This document shows, piece after piece, positions 19,396-30,120 of a stretch of 59,002 nucleotides of DNA (position 1 is the first letter of the stretch; each line of letters begins with the position of its first letter). A model generated the notes under the pieces. It did no database searches. It saw only the letters and a list, made by a program, of their open reading frames with translations, and was not told where the DNA came from. Location: NCBI GenBank assembly GCA_024720975.1, contig JANJXX010000006.1, positions 1-59,002 on the forward strand, given 5' to 3'. A program made the translations under genes and the position numbers. This stretch comes from Thermoproteota archaeon (GTDB lineage Archaea > Asgardarchaeota > Njordarchaeia > Njordarchaeales > Panguiarchaeaceae).

Positions 19396-21873
19396 TCATC
19401 TTAATTTCATTTCTAATCTACTTACCTGGTCTAAAAGCCTTCTATGCTCTTCTCTGATTTTTTCGATTTCTTCTCTCAGTGCTCTATATTCTACTCCTTT
19501 TTCAGTAAATCTCTGAATGCTTCTGATAGTCTCCCTTGCGGCTCTTATTAAACCGCTGTGAAGTTCCCTTCCTATCAAGCTATCTAGTATTGGTATGTAT
19601 CGTGGATCTAATGTTTCACGAATTGCAGTTATAGCGGCTGATCTTATTCTCATGTTCTCATCTTTGCAGGCGTTTATTATTATTTCCCTTGCACTTGCTT
19701 TCTCATTGAACTTAGACATGGATCTTACCGCCTCCATTCTAACGAGGGTTGGTTTATCCTCCTTTGTGTATTCTAGGATTATTTCAAACGCTTCATCAGA
19801 CCCCAATGCTGCGAGACCCCTGATTGCTCCGATAGTTATCACGTTATTGTGAGATGGTTCATCTTTTACTTTCTTGAGGATTTTTATAGCTTCTTCCCAT
19901 TTAGTTTTGCCTAGGCTCTCTGCAGCTGCAGCCCTTACATAGTATCCTTCCTCCTTATTCTTCAGGATTTTCGCCAAAGCTTCGGCAACTTCATGATCTC
20001 TAAAGTTTCCTAGTGCTTCTGCAATGCCCCTTCTGACTCTTGGATTTGCTACTTTTTCGAGAGCTTCTATGAGCACTCTTTTAGCCTTTTCTGTACCTAT
20101 GGAACCTAGCGCCTTTGCGGCTTCGGATCTGGCCATCCAATATTCACTTTCATCAAGAAGTTTTTCCTTAAGAGCCTCCACGGCCCTATCACTAATCTTT
20201 TTTGATAGGTTTCTTATTGCTCTTATCCTGCAGTAGATGCTTGTGCATTTTAACTTCTTTATGAGCTGCTCTAATTCTTCCTCCTCTGTTATTACTGCAA
20301 ACACTTTGAATTTTGGATCTACACAAATATACTCTGGCGGTTCATCTAGCGGGATGTAGAGTGTTTGTTCTTTCTCACTTAGCCAGAATTTTTCTAACTT
20401 TGTTTCTTTCTCGGTCTTAATAAGTATTTCTATAGGCATCTTATACACATCCCAACAGTCCTCTTTTTGAGTCTGTGTTATCGATACCCTTAGAACTTTT
20501 CGCTCAGCATCATATGAGTACCTGACAGTGAGCTCAGGGTGTCCTGCATTGTAAATATATTGATCGAAGAACCATTCCAGGTCCTCGCCGGTAACTTCTT
20601 CAGAAACTTTTCTGAAATCCTCGGTATCAACGCTTGAGAATGCATGTTTCTCTAGGAATTTTCTAAGGATTTCCCTGAATTTATCATCCCCAACAATCGT
20701 GCGTAGTGTATGTAACACTAACGCTCCTTTTGGATAAGAGTGTGCGTCAAAAACCTCTTCTGGATACTTATAAACTCTTGTCATTATTGGTCTGGAATAC
20801 CTAGTTGAATATTCACGGAGGTATGAATCCAGAAAGCTTATGAGTTCACAAATAAACCGATCTTCCCCTTTCAAATGGCCCATATACAGAGCCTCAAGAT
20901 ATGTCGCAAACGACTCGTTTAGCCATATATTTCCCCAGTCTTTCGTTGTTATAAGATCTCCAAACCATTGATGTGCGAGTTCATGAGATACTAGAGGTTC
21001 ACTCTCAAACTCAGCGTGAGCTTTTTCATCGTGAAGCGTTAACTCTGTTAACATTGTTAGAGTTGTGTTTTCCATTCCTCCAACAATAAACTCGCTTACA
21101 CAAACTTGTTTATAGTTCTTCCATGGATATTTGTACATTAGAAATTCTTCAAAGAATTTAAGCATATCAGGCGTATTCGAAAAACTCCTATCTATATCCT
21201 CGCCTCTACCTTTTGGTACTGCATACGTGAGCTTTATGTCTTTGTACATAGTCTCCTTTACATCGAATTCTCCGATCGCTATCGCTATCAAGTAAGATGC
21301 TATTGGTTGATCCATGACCCAATGCCATACCTTCCATTCGCCTTCTTCTCGAACCTCCTTTAATTCTCCATTTGCAAAAACCGTAAGCATTTTTGGAGCA
21401 TATATTTTGAGATCGCAGGTGAATTTCATGTTTGGATAGTCATAGATGGGAATCCAGTATCGATTATCCTCAGGCTCGCCCTGAGACCAAACCTGGAGAT
21501 ACCCACCCTTCCCTTTAGGCTTGACAAAATAAAGCCCTTTTTTCGGATAGGCAGAGTACATTATATCAATTTTGAATGAAGTTCCAGGCTCTATCGCTTC
21601 AGTATTTATTGCTAACTTCTTGCCATTGTAAGTATACTTTGTACTTGAACCATTCACTCTAACGTCGAGTATTTCCATATCAACAGCATCAAGCTCGATG
21701 ACCCCGCCTCTCTTCTTCACAACAGATATTTCTGCGTGCCCCTCAATTTTCTTATCCTCAATGAAGACCTTCAGAGCTAATGACAAATGCTTAATTTCAT
21801 ATGGAGGCGATGGAGGATACTCCGGCTTGTAGTCCGGAAATGCAAAATCTCGACCATGTTTTGTAATATACAA
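19396..21873 (-). CDS. pepN: M1 family aminopeptidase with C-terminal HEAT repeats and coiled coil
   Basis: GGMEN exopeptidase motif, HELAHQWFG...WLNESFA zinc motif, YPKG; repeated R..AA.ALG HEAT units. Confidence 0.93.
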   Translation of the reverse strand: MYITKHGRDFAFPDYKPEYPPSPPYEIKHLSLALKVFIEDKKIEGHAEISVVKKRGGVIELDAVDMEILDVRVNGSSTKYTYNGKKLAINTEAIEPGTSFKIDIMYSAYPKKGLYFVKPKGKGGYLQVWSQGEPEDNRYWIPIYDYPNMKFTCDLKIYAPKMLTVFANGELKEVREEGEWKVWHWVMDQPIASYLIAIAIGEFDVKETMYKDIKLTYAVPKGRGEDIDRSFSNTPDMLKFFEEFLMYKYPWKNYKQVCVSEFIVGGMENTTLTMLTELTLHDEKAHAEFESEPLVSHELAHQWFGDLITTKDWGNIWLNESFATYLEALYMGHLKGEDRFICELISFLDSYLREYSTRYSRPIMTRVYKYPEEVFDAHSYPKGALVLHTLRTIVGDDKFREILRKFLEKHAFSSVDTEDFRKVSEEVTGEDLEWFFDQYIYNAGHPELTVRYSYDAERKVLRVSITQTQKEDCWDVYKMPIEILIKTEKETKLEKFWLSEKEQTLYIPLDEPPEYICVDPKFKVFAVITEEEELEQLIKKLKCTSIYCRIRAIRNLSKKISDRAVEALKEKLLDESEYWMARSEAAKALGSIGTEKAKRVLIEALEKVANPRVRRGIAEALGNFRDHEVAEALAKILKNKEEGYYVRAAAAESLGKTKWEEAIKILKKVKDEPSHNNVITIGAIRGLAALGSDEAFEIILEYTKEDKPTLVRMEAVRSMSKFNEKASAREIIINACKDENMRIRSAAITAIRETLDPRYIPILDSLIGRELHSGLIRAARETIRSIQRFTEKGVEYRALREEIEKIREEHRRLLDQVSRLEMKLR

Positions 21874-22203
21874 TCAAGACACCTACCTTTTGCTAAGAAC
21901 GCGTTCTCTCTAGTATTTGAAAAATCGAATATAAGAGTAGAAATATATGCATACAGAGTGTTCCACGCTATGGGTCCATGTAATCTCTGATTTTTGTTAA
22001 GCTCTTGGAGTTTTCATCCGGCTCATATTCAAATAATAAGTAGCTAATGCTGCTGGAGATTCTATCTGTGCTTTCGAGTCTGAAGAGCCGTTGAAGTTCT
22101 CCTTAGCAAACTCTTTGCTATTGGGATTAGGATCTAGCTTTGTACGTGACCCCCTGAATTTATGTTTTATATCAATTTAGATCCCTGTAATTTGGTGATT
22201 CAA

Positions 22204-22815
22204 ATGCGGATCACGCTGCCAGCTAGGCTCCCATGGACAAGGTTGCCGTTGTATTTTGGTATAATCGCAGTAATCATTGCGGGAATCATAATAGGAGTAT
22301 CATGGGCTCTGAATCCCTGGTTTGTTTTCACGAAAAACGCATTTAGTGACTTCGGAGGACCACAATCTAGTTGTCCAGAGTTGTATAATTACGGATTAAT
22401 AGTAACCGGGCTACTAGTGATTATCTATAGCCTAGCCATTTATTCACTAGCAAAAAACAAAATGGAAATCCTTGGTTGTGCTTATATGGCACTAGCTGGC
22501 GTATTCTTGGCGCTCATAGGAATATTCCCGACGGGAACTGAACCCCATGGATTTGTTTCAGTATGGTTCTTCCTGCAAATGTATCTAGCGCTGATTATTC
22601 TTGGTTTAGGAATGCAAAATAGGGGTCTGAAGTTTGGTAAAGAAACGACAGTAATTGCTGCTATTGCAGTACCACTAGCGATAGTCATAGATCTACTGTG
22701 GGGTTGGCCGAGTGCGGCTGTTCTAGAAGCCTATGGAATAATTCTTATAGGTATATGTACAGTCCTTGTCTCAGTGGCGTATCTTGGGTTGGCAAAAGCT
22801 TCTAGGAGAGGCTAA
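22204..22815 (+). CDS. DUF998 family membrane protein
   Basis: NPWFVFTKNAFSDFG, FLALIGIFP..T.PHGFVS.WFF and W.SAA..E motifs; GGTGA SD before ATG 22204. Confidence 0.8.
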   Translation: MRITLPARLPWTRLPLYFGIIAVIIAGIIIGVSWALNPWFVFTKNAFSDFGGPQSSCPELYNYGLIVTGLLVIIYSLAIYSLAKNKMEILGCAYMALAGVFLALIGIFPTGTEPHGFVSVWFFLQMYLALIILGLGMQNRGLKFGKETTVIAAIAVPLAIVIDLLWGWPSAAVLEAYGIILIGICTVLVSVAYLGLAKASRRG

Positions 22816-22897
22816 CCCACTACTCCATCAGCTTTTTCGAGATCCTTTCTATATTTACCCTGCGATAAAAAAGTGTAACTTGGCAGAGTTTTTATAG

Positions 22898-24634
22898 GTG
22901 TTATTAATGAGTAAAAACCTATTACAGATAACAATTGGAGGCCCAGCGGGCTTTGGAATTCTTAGATCTGGTTGGCTTCTGGGAAAAGCTTTCTCCTTGA
23001 TCGGTTTAAACGTAGCCGCTATAAGTGAATATCCATCGCGGATAGAAGGTGGTCATAACTATGTTGATGTATGCATATCAAAGGATCCTGTAGGGTCAAA
23101 ACAGCCAAAATCTGACGTAGTTGTAGCACTAGATGACTTGGCTGTAGATAGGCATATAGGTAGATTAGAGGATGATGGTATCTTAATTTATGACTCATCA
23201 ATAGTTAAGAAGGAGCTCAAGGGCGATAGGTTCGCGGGTCTACCCTTTACGAGAGTGGCGAGAGAACGCGGCTTTGACGAGATAACCAGAAATACTATGG
23301 CCTTAGGAGCTACTTTATACTCACTTGGTATGGACGTACAACCCCTGAAGGTGGCAATATCAAAGGCGTTCGGTAAAAAAGAAGTCGTAGAAATGAATCT
23401 CAAGGCTCTAGAAGTTGGGCTAGAGCTCATGAGAGAAGTTTATCCGGGTCTAAAGATAAATACCCCAATTGAAATCCTGAAGGCGAATGGCGATCCCAAA
23501 TACTTTATATCCGGCAACGAGGCTGTGGCTGTTGGGGCTATGGCTGCAGGCTTGACAGTGTACGTAGCATATCCAATAACGCCGATATCGCCACTCCTGC
23601 ATTACCTTGTAACTAAGCAAGAACATGGATTATTAGCATACCAGCTTGAAAGCGAGATAGCAGCGATACTGACTGGTTTAGGAGCATCATATGCCGGGGC
23701 TAGAGTCCTTGTTGGAACCTCCGGCCCTGGCTTTAGTCTGATGGCCGAGAGTTTGGGCTTCGCGGGTATGGCAGAAATACCGATTGTGATTGTTCTTGCT
23801 CAAAGATATGGACCAAGCACAGGACTTCCCACGCATACTGGACAGGGAGATCTTCGCTTTGCAATGCACGCATCTCAGGGGGAGTTCCCAAGATTCATTG
23901 TTGCACCTGGTGATGTTAGAGAGACAATATACTATACTCAGGTCCTCCTCAATTTGACCGAAAAATTCCAGGTTCCAGGCATCATATTAATTGATAGGTG
24001 TTTAGCTGAGAGCTACTTCACATTTGATGACATAGATGGTTTAGAAGTCGATATTGACAGGGGTAAAATTGTAGAGGAGGTTAAGGGAAAATACAAAAGA
24101 TATGAAATCACGGACGATGGCGTGTCTCCTCTAGCATTTCCAGGAACACCAAATGCTGTCGTCAGAATAAACTCTCATGAGCACGACGAGGAAGGAATCT
24201 CTTCAGAGGATCCAAAAGTTGCTGTATCTATGAGCGATAAGAGACTGCGAAAACTAAAGTTCATGAGGGAAGAGATAAAGAAATATACACCCGTTAAGGT
24301 TTATGGAGACAAGGAATCTAAAAACGCCATTATATTCTGGGGCAGTGTAAAAGGCCCAGTGCTGGATGCTTACAGACTCCTTGAACGTGATGGTATATCG
24401 TGTAGACTGGTTCAGATTCTCTTCTTCTCGCCATTTCCAGATTCTGAGGTTCTAGACAGCCTTAAAGGAGCAGAGATGATAATTAGCGTGGAGAATAATG
24501 CGACCTCACAACTAGTTAGTGTCTTGAGAGAGTTTGTTGGTGTTAGTGTTTCATATAGGGTAAACAAGTATGATGGCAGACCCTTTACTCCTATCGATGT
24601 ATATGAGGCCGTTATGAAGGTGATGAGAAAATGA
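22898..24634 (+). CDS. korA: 2-oxoacid:ferredoxin oxidoreductase alpha subunit (gamma-alpha fusion)
   Basis: GGPAGFGI, GNEAVA, YPITP, TSGPGFSLM and GPSTGLPT motifs. Substrate specificity cannot be determined. Confidence 0.93.
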   Translation: MLLMSKNLLQITIGGPAGFGILRSGWLLGKAFSLIGLNVAAISEYPSRIEGGHNYVDVCISKDPVGSKQPKSDVVVALDDLAVDRHIGRLEDDGILIYDSSIVKKELKGDRFAGLPFTRVARERGFDEITRNTMALGATLYSLGMDVQPLKVAISKAFGKKEVVEMNLKALEVGLELMREVYPGLKINTPIEILKANGDPKYFISGNEAVAVGAMAAGLTVYVAYPITPISPLLHYLVTKQEHGLLAYQLESEIAAILTGLGASYAGARVLVGTSGPGFSLMAESLGFAGMAEIPIVIVLAQRYGPSTGLPTHTGQGDLRFAMHASQGEFPRFIVAPGDVRETIYYTQVLLNLTEKFQVPGIILIDRCLAESYFTFDDIDGLEVDIDRGKIVEEVKGKYKRYEITDDGVSPLAFPGTPNAVVRINSHEHDEEGISSEDPKVAVSMSDKRLRKLKFMREEIKKYTPVKVYGDKESKNAIIFWGSVKGPVLDAYRLLERDGISCRLVQILFFSPFPDSEVLDSLKGAEMIISVENNATSQLVSVLREFVGVSVSYRVNKYDGRPFTPIDVYEAVMKVMRK

Positions 24635-25497
24635 TTAGTGAGAAGGACATAACAACGAGAATAGTGCCATCCTGGTGTGTGGGCTGCGGGAATTTTGGAA
24701 TACTATCATCCTTGAAGAGGGCCATCGTAAACCTGGTGAACCAAGGGCTCTATAAGCTCGAGCAATTTGTACTGATAAGCGGTATAGGTTGTCATGGCAA
24801 ATTGACGAACTATTTGGAATTAAACTCTGTACATACAATACACGGAAGAGTCCTGCCAGTAGCAACCGGAATAAAGTTAGCAAATCCAGATTTGATAGTC
24901 ATAGGTCATGCTGGGGATGGAGACGCTTATGCTATAGGGATAGCACATTTAATACACACAGCAAAGAGAAATATTCCAGTCGTTTATATAGTGCACAATA
25001 ACTATAGATTTGGTCTAACCGCGGGTCAAGTAACTCCAACAACAGAACTTGGCGAAAAAACTAGATCAACACCTTATGGGAATCCAGAGGAACCAATTAA
25101 TCCAATCCTACTAGCTTTAAGCAGTGGCGCAACTTTCGTAGCAAGAGGCTTTGCAGGAGATGTGCAACACTTAACATGGCTTATTGAGGAGGCAATAAAG
25201 CATAGAGGCTTTGCTCTCATTGATGTTATTCAACCATGTAAGACTTGGGATCCCATTCATACATTTGAATATTGGAGAGAAAGAGTATACAAACTCGAGA
25301 ATACGGGCCATGACCCAAAGGACCTACTCTCAGCAATAAGAAAAGCCATTGAGTGGAATGGCAAAGTTCCCATAGGTATATTCTACAGAGTAGAGAAGCC
25401 GACTCTTATTGATAGAATACCACAATACAAGATAGAACTCAAACCAGTTAGAGTCGTAAAGAGAAGTCTTGCTAAACTTCTCGAGGAATTTCGATAA
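24631..25497 (+). CDS. korB: 2-oxoacid:ferredoxin oxidoreductase beta subunit (TPP-binding)
   Basis: WCVGCGNFG, SGIGC, HGR, GDGDAYAIG and QPC motifs; ATGA overlap with alpha. Confidence 0.95.
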   Translation: MISEKDITTRIVPSWCVGCGNFGILSSLKRAIVNLVNQGLYKLEQFVLISGIGCHGKLTNYLELNSVHTIHGRVLPVATGIKLANPDLIVIGHAGDGDAYAIGIAHLIHTAKRNIPVVYIVHNNYRFGLTAGQVTPTTELGEKTRSTPYGNPEEPINPILLALSSGATFVARGFAGDVQHLTWLIEEAIKHRGFALIDVIQPCKTWDPIHTFEYWRERVYKLENTGHDPKDLLSAIRKAIEWNGKVPIGIFYRVEKPTLIDRIPQYKIELKPVRVVKRSLAKLLEEFR

Positions 25498-25556
25498 TAT
25501 TAGCGTAAGCTCTCTTCACTCCTTTCGAGCAGCTTTTAAATTAGTGAAAGAGAATG

Positions 25557-26732
25557 TTATGAAGAAATCAAAACTTTCTCAAGACTCTCCATGAGCTCTT
25601 TTGTAGCTACATCAAGTACTTCGCTTTTGAGCTGCAGTGGTATAATAAACCAGCCGTCAAGAAAATTCTTAATCTTTTTGTCAATATTCTTCAAACAGAC
25701 AACATCAAACTTCCGTGATACAATACCCTCTAAAACTTCATAGTCCTCCTTAAAGTCCGAAGTCTCTATTCTCGAGTCGAGAACCTCCAGTGTTCTTAAA
25801 TTAATCCTCATCACAAAGTACCTTCCATTAATCCTGTCACTAACCTTAGAATCTTCTATAGGTATTCCGGCAAGTATCTCTGCATCCCTAGTTGTGGCTA
25901 TTGAGATATGGATCCTAACAATATTCCCTAATGTATCTACTATCGGTACTTTTATCGCATTTCCTAATACATCTAACCTATTTCTGACTAATTCGGATAC
26001 AATTAGACTTAAATCAACGGATGCAAGGGGGCCTAGAGCATATATTCTCATCTCTGAGATACCCTTTATTGCGGGTATTTTTGCTAGCAAACTCCTTATA
26101 GCGTTTTCTATCGCAACTTTATTTTCCCTGCTCTTTATCAGCATCTGTAAGCTCCTTAACTTCGCTGGAGCTGGCATTAATGCTAACAGTAGCGTCACCA
26201 GGCTGAGAGGCGAATCTAAAGAGACAACTCCAAAGAATGCTATTGCTGGTCCTATAGCTGCGAATGCCGAGATATAGGTAACTGTAATGAAATCTTCACC
26301 AAGAAATCTGCCAATTCTCCAGTATAGACTAGGAGTGATTTTCTCTACAGTGAGGTTAAAGATGTAGCCAAGTGTAATGAGTAGGATCAGTATAAGTAGT
26401 GCGTAGCCGGGTTCATTTATCTCAACTGGGAAGCCCTTCGACATTAGATGGTATATCTTCCATAAGACTAGTCCAACGAATAATGCGAATATAATTGGCA
26501 AAATTATACGAGGCAAGCGTTTTTCTCTTAACTTTTCATGCGCTGCAAGTATTGCAATGAATACATTGAAGTACGATATAAGTGAAACCGCTATGACTGC
26601 TAGCAAATTGGACGTTTTAGTGAAGATGTAGGATATTGTCGATATAACCAAGAGCAATGTACTAAATGCTACTGTTGTGATTAATACACGCGTGGGGACA
26701 GCGTCACATATATCCTTATTCAAGGTCTTCAC
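25557..26732 (-). CDS. Divergent cation diffusion facilitator (CDF)-like membrane protein with cytosolic C-terminal domains
   Basis: Six TM-like segments, then a ZT_dimer-like stretch (IPAIKGISEMRIYALGPLASVDLSL) and a NifX-like tail. Canonical metal-site motifs are not evident. Confidence 0.55.
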   Translation of the reverse strand: MKTLNKDICDAVPTRVLITTVAFSTLLLVISTISYIFTKTSNLLAVIAVSLISYFNVFIAILAAHEKLREKRLPRIILPIIFALFVGLVLWKIYHLMSKGFPVEINEPGYALLILILLITLGYIFNLTVEKITPSLYWRIGRFLGEDFITVTYISAFAAIGPAIAFFGVVSLDSPLSLVTLLLALMPAPAKLRSLQMLIKSRENKVAIENAIRSLLAKIPAIKGISEMRIYALGPLASVDLSLIVSELVRNRLDVLGNAIKVPIVDTLGNIVRIHISIATTRDAEILAGIPIEDSKVSDRINGRYFVMRINLRTLEVLDSRIETSDFKEDYEVLEGIVSRKFDVVCLKNIDKKIKNFLDGWFIIPLQLKSEVLDVATKELMESLEKVLISS

Positions 26733-27694
26733 CTATAGAGCCAGCATGCCACGTGCCTGTTAGCATTAATTTCGATGAGGTCAGGCTCTTCCACCTTGCA
26801 TATCGGCATGGCGTATGGACATCTTGGATAGAATCTACAACCCTTGGGAAGATGTATTGGTGATGGAGGTTCACCTCTTATGATGATTTTCTTTCTTAAT
26901 CTTGTTTTCTGTGGGTTTGGTATGGGTATTGATGAGAATAGGGCCCTTGTATATGGATGAAGTTGCTCCTTGAAAAGTTCATCAGAATCTCCAATTTCAA
27001 CAATCTTACCGACGTACATAACTCCTATCCTCTGACTCATAAACTTCACTACTGCAAGGTCATGAGAAATAAACATTCCAGTGAGGCCAAGCTCTTTCTG
27101 TAATTGTTTAATCATATTTAGTATACTAGCCTGAACACTAACGTCGAGGGCACTTGTTGGCTCATCAAAAACTACAAATTCAGGATTCATGGCAAGAGCT
27201 CTCGCTATCGCTATCCTCTGTTTTTGTCCTCCCGAGAATTCATGGGGGTACCTGTATAGATGATATTCCTCCAGACCTACTTTCCTGAGTAGTGAAATTA
27301 CGAATTCTTCTGGGTCTCCAACATCAATACCATGATAACGTGGTCCCTCAATTATCACGTCAAATATTGTCTGCCTTGGATCCAATGAGGAGTACGGATC
27401 CTGAAAGACTATTTGTGTCTTCCTTCTGAACTCAATCATCTTTTTATTATCATACTTTAGAACATCCTCCCCGCGATAATAGATCTCACCAGCCGTGGGA
27501 GGGGTTAGAAGTAACACAGTCCTTCCAAGTGTCGTTTTTCCACATCCAGATTCGCCTACTACGCCAAACATTTCCCCTTCATAGATATCAAAGGAAACAC
27601 CATCAACTGCTTTTACGTAATCCTTAGCCAGTAAAAAACGTCTAACCGGGAAATACTTCTTTAGATTTCTGATTGATAATAAGGGCTCGCTCAT
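26729..27694 (-). CDS. dppF: Oligopeptide/dipeptide ABC transporter ATPase
   Basis: GESGCGKT, RYPHEFSGGQKQR, DEPTSALD, HPYT, GCRFYPRC. Confidence 0.95.
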   Translation of the reverse strand: MSEPLLSIRNLKKYFPVRRFLLAKDYVKAVDGVSFDIYEGEMFGVVGESGCGKTTLGRTVLLLTPPTAGEIYYRGEDVLKYDNKKMIEFRRKTQIVFQDPYSSLDPRQTIFDVIIEGPRYHGIDVGDPEEFVISLLRKVGLEEYHLYRYPHEFSGGQKQRIAIARALAMNPEFVVFDEPTSALDVSVQASILNMIKQLQKELGLTGMFISHDLAVVKFMSQRIGVMYVGKIVEIGDSDELFKEQLHPYTRALFSSIPIPNPQKTRLRKKIIIRGEPPSPIHLPKGCRFYPRCPYAMPICKVEEPDLIEINANRHVACWLYR

Positions 27695-28680
27695 AATCCA
27701 CTACCTGCATATAACCAACATTCGACACGATGCCCTTCGGAAACATTAATTCCTGGGGGAGCTTCTCTTTTGCATATATCCATTGCTCGCGAGCATCTTG
27801 GCCAGAATCTACATCCACTTGGCGGATTTATTAGGTCTGGAACTGTACCAGCTATTGGATACAATTCTTTTAATTCCTTCGTTGGATCTGGAACACAATT
27901 AATCAATCCCTGCGTGTATGGGTGAAGGGGCTCCTCAAATATTGTATTTACATCGGCAATTTCTACAATTTTGCCTGCATACATAACAGCAACTCTATCA
28001 GCCATTTCAGCTATCAGTCCCATGTTATGTGTTACGAGTATAATTGACATCCCCTTCAGATTCTTAAGCTGACTTAAAAGCTCTATCATTTGAGCCTGTA
28101 TGGTAACATCAACATTTGTAGTCGGTTCGTCCGCAACTAAAAGTCTTGGTTCGTTCACTATAGAAGCGCCTGCAACAACACGCTGCTTCATACCTCCAGA
28201 CAACTCATGTGGATAACTTCTTGCGCGAATCTCAGGTTCCGGAATTAGTACACGTCTTAGAGTCTCTATTGCTTTGGACCATGCTTCTCTAGGGTGCGTT
28301 TTATTATGTGCGAGGATCGTCTCCACAATCTGATATCCAGCAGTGTAGAGCGGATCTAGAGCACTTGTAGGATCTTGAAACACATATGTTATCATGCTCC
28401 CCCTGATTTTTCTAAGCTCATCCTCTGGTAACTTCAACAAATCAACCCATCTTGAATTTATTCTAAACAATGCTCTTCCACTTTCAATTCTTCCAGGATC
28501 GGGTATTAGTCGCGTTATAGCTCGGCTAGTGACAGTCTTTCCGCAGCCAGTCTCACCAATGAGTCCAAATACCTCTTTATTGTATACTTCAAATGAGACT
28601 CCATCTACAGCTTTAACTACACCAGCATATGTGTAGAAGTAAACCCTCAAATCCTCTACTTTAAGTATGGGATCACTCAC
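27691..28680 (-). CDS. dppD: Oligopeptide/dipeptide ABC transporter ATPase
   Basis: GETGCGKT, YPHELSGGMKQR, ADEPTT, HPYT, GCRFWPRC. Confidence 0.95.
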   Translation of the reverse strand: MSDPILKVEDLRVYFYTYAGVVKAVDGVSFEVYNKEVFGLIGETGCGKTVTSRAITRLIPDPGRIESGRALFRINSRWVDLLKLPEDELRKIRGSMITYVFQDPTSALDPLYTAGYQIVETILAHNKTHPREAWSKAIETLRRVLIPEPEIRARSYPHELSGGMKQRVVAGASIVNEPRLLVADEPTTNVDVTIQAQMIELLSQLKNLKGMSIILVTHNMGLIAEMADRVAVMYAGKIVEIADVNTIFEEPLHPYTQGLINCVPDPTKELKELYPIAGTVPDLINPPSGCRFWPRCSRAMDICKREAPPGINVSEGHRVECWLYAGSGL

Positions 28681-30110
28681 TTAACGCCCCTCCTCTTACC
28701 TATCTCCTCAGAGGACATCTTAAGAACGACACCACATAAAACTATCAATCCGCTGGGGTAAGTTGATGGTAGGAATTTTGCTAGAGCTGTTATTAGCCAT
28801 AGATAAGCTATCAAACCAAGCGCATAGCCAACGTAATGCCTGCTCAAGAACCTGACAGTATTTAGTCCCTTCCAGACGACATATAGCAGTACCAAAGGTG
28901 CAAATAATATAACCATTCCTGGCGCATCGCGGTAGACTATGCCTGCGGTGAGAAAACCGGCAATAATAGCTATGTCTCCAAGGAGCCCAATGATATCATG
29001 CACCATTATTGGCCGCTCCTTTATGCCAAATTCAATACTCCTCCTAGTCTTTGGGTCAAAGATATCTCTCAAACCGTCGCCGAGAAGGTTCCAGCCGAGG
29101 CCAACTATAAACAGGAATGCTCCTGGAATTATTATCAACCACCACTTTTCCGGCCAGTAGGCTCTCCCATCACTTATGAGTCTACCAATCTCAGGAAGTG
29201 GGGGCTGGGGTCCGAGTCCAAGGAACGAGAGAGCGGCTTCGAGGATTATTATCGAACCTAAGTCTATTGTAATTGTCACTAGCAATACTGATGAAGTGTT
29301 TGGGAGGATATGTTTAAACATTATTGTCCTATCAGAGAGTCCGAGCGCTTTCGCAGCTTCCACATAAACTTTTTCGCGCTCAGACAGCGCTACAGCTCTC
29401 AGTAATCTAGTGTAAACGGGCCACCAGACTACAGCCATAGCAACTATTATCGAAACTGTAGTAGCCAAATAGCCCCCGTGTTCAGGCCTTATTCCAAATA
29501 GCAATACTAAAAAGTCCTTCAATATTGGCACTTCCCTGAGCAGAATATCTATCCTCGAAGGCAGCGTGGCTGAAAGAGCTATAGCTAGAACTAATGCTGG
29601 GAAAGAATAAAATACGTCTACAATTCTCATGATTACTTCGTCAACTTTCCCGCCATAATAGGCCGCGACCAGCCCAAGTATGATCCCCAGTGGAACACCT
29701 AATGCTATAACAGCCAGACCTATGACTAGTGATATTCTTGCTCCCCAAAGTATCATTGAGAGGAGATCACGACCATAGTAATCCGTTCCAAACAGGTGGA
29801 CTACGCCATTCGAGTCAACCCAGCCTGGGGGCATGTTTTTGGGATATACGTAGACTTCCCAGTATGGTTCAGGAGCAACGTACGGTCCTATGATTCCAAT
29901 AATTATGAATAATAACACTAATGTTAGCCCGGTCCAGGCTAGAGGAGACCTATTAAATGCCCTTAGCATGAGCTTAAGTTCGCTCACTTTGGACCTGTTT
30001 TTGGTTTTCCAACCTGGAGAAATGAATTCTCTGAGTGCAGCATAAATATCAATGATTTTGTCAGTAAACTTGTCAAGGCGTTTAGCGATCTTAATCCAAA
30101 TGACGCCCAC
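28677..30110 (-). CDS. dppC: Peptide ABC transporter permease with an extra hydrophobic C-terminal extension
   Basis: FGTDYYGRD, EAAKALG, HILPN, LSFLGLG and LGDGLRDIFDPK motifs, followed by about 120 extra hydrophobic residues. Confidence 0.92.
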   Translation of the reverse strand: MGVIWIKIAKRLDKFTDKIIDIYAALREFISPGWKTKNRSKVSELKLMLRAFNRSPLAWTGLTLVLLFIIIGIIGPYVAPEPYWEVYVYPKNMPPGWVDSNGVVHLFGTDYYGRDLLSMILWGARISLVIGLAVIALGVPLGIILGLVAAYYGGKVDEVIMRIVDVFYSFPALVLAIALSATLPSRIDILLREVPILKDFLVLLFGIRPEHGGYLATTVSIIVAMAVVWWPVYTRLLRAVALSEREKVYVEAAKALGLSDRTIMFKHILPNTSSVLLVTITIDLGSIIILEAALSFLGLGPQPPLPEIGRLISDGRAYWPEKWWLIIIPGAFLFIVGLGWNLLGDGLRDIFDPKTRRSIEFGIKERPIMVHDIIGLLGDIAIIAGFLTAGIVYRDAPGMVILFAPLVLLYVVWKGLNTVRFLSRHYVGYALGLIAYLWLITALAKFLPSTYPSGLIVLCGVVLKMSSEEIGKRRGVK

Positions 30111-30120
30111 TTTTCAAACC

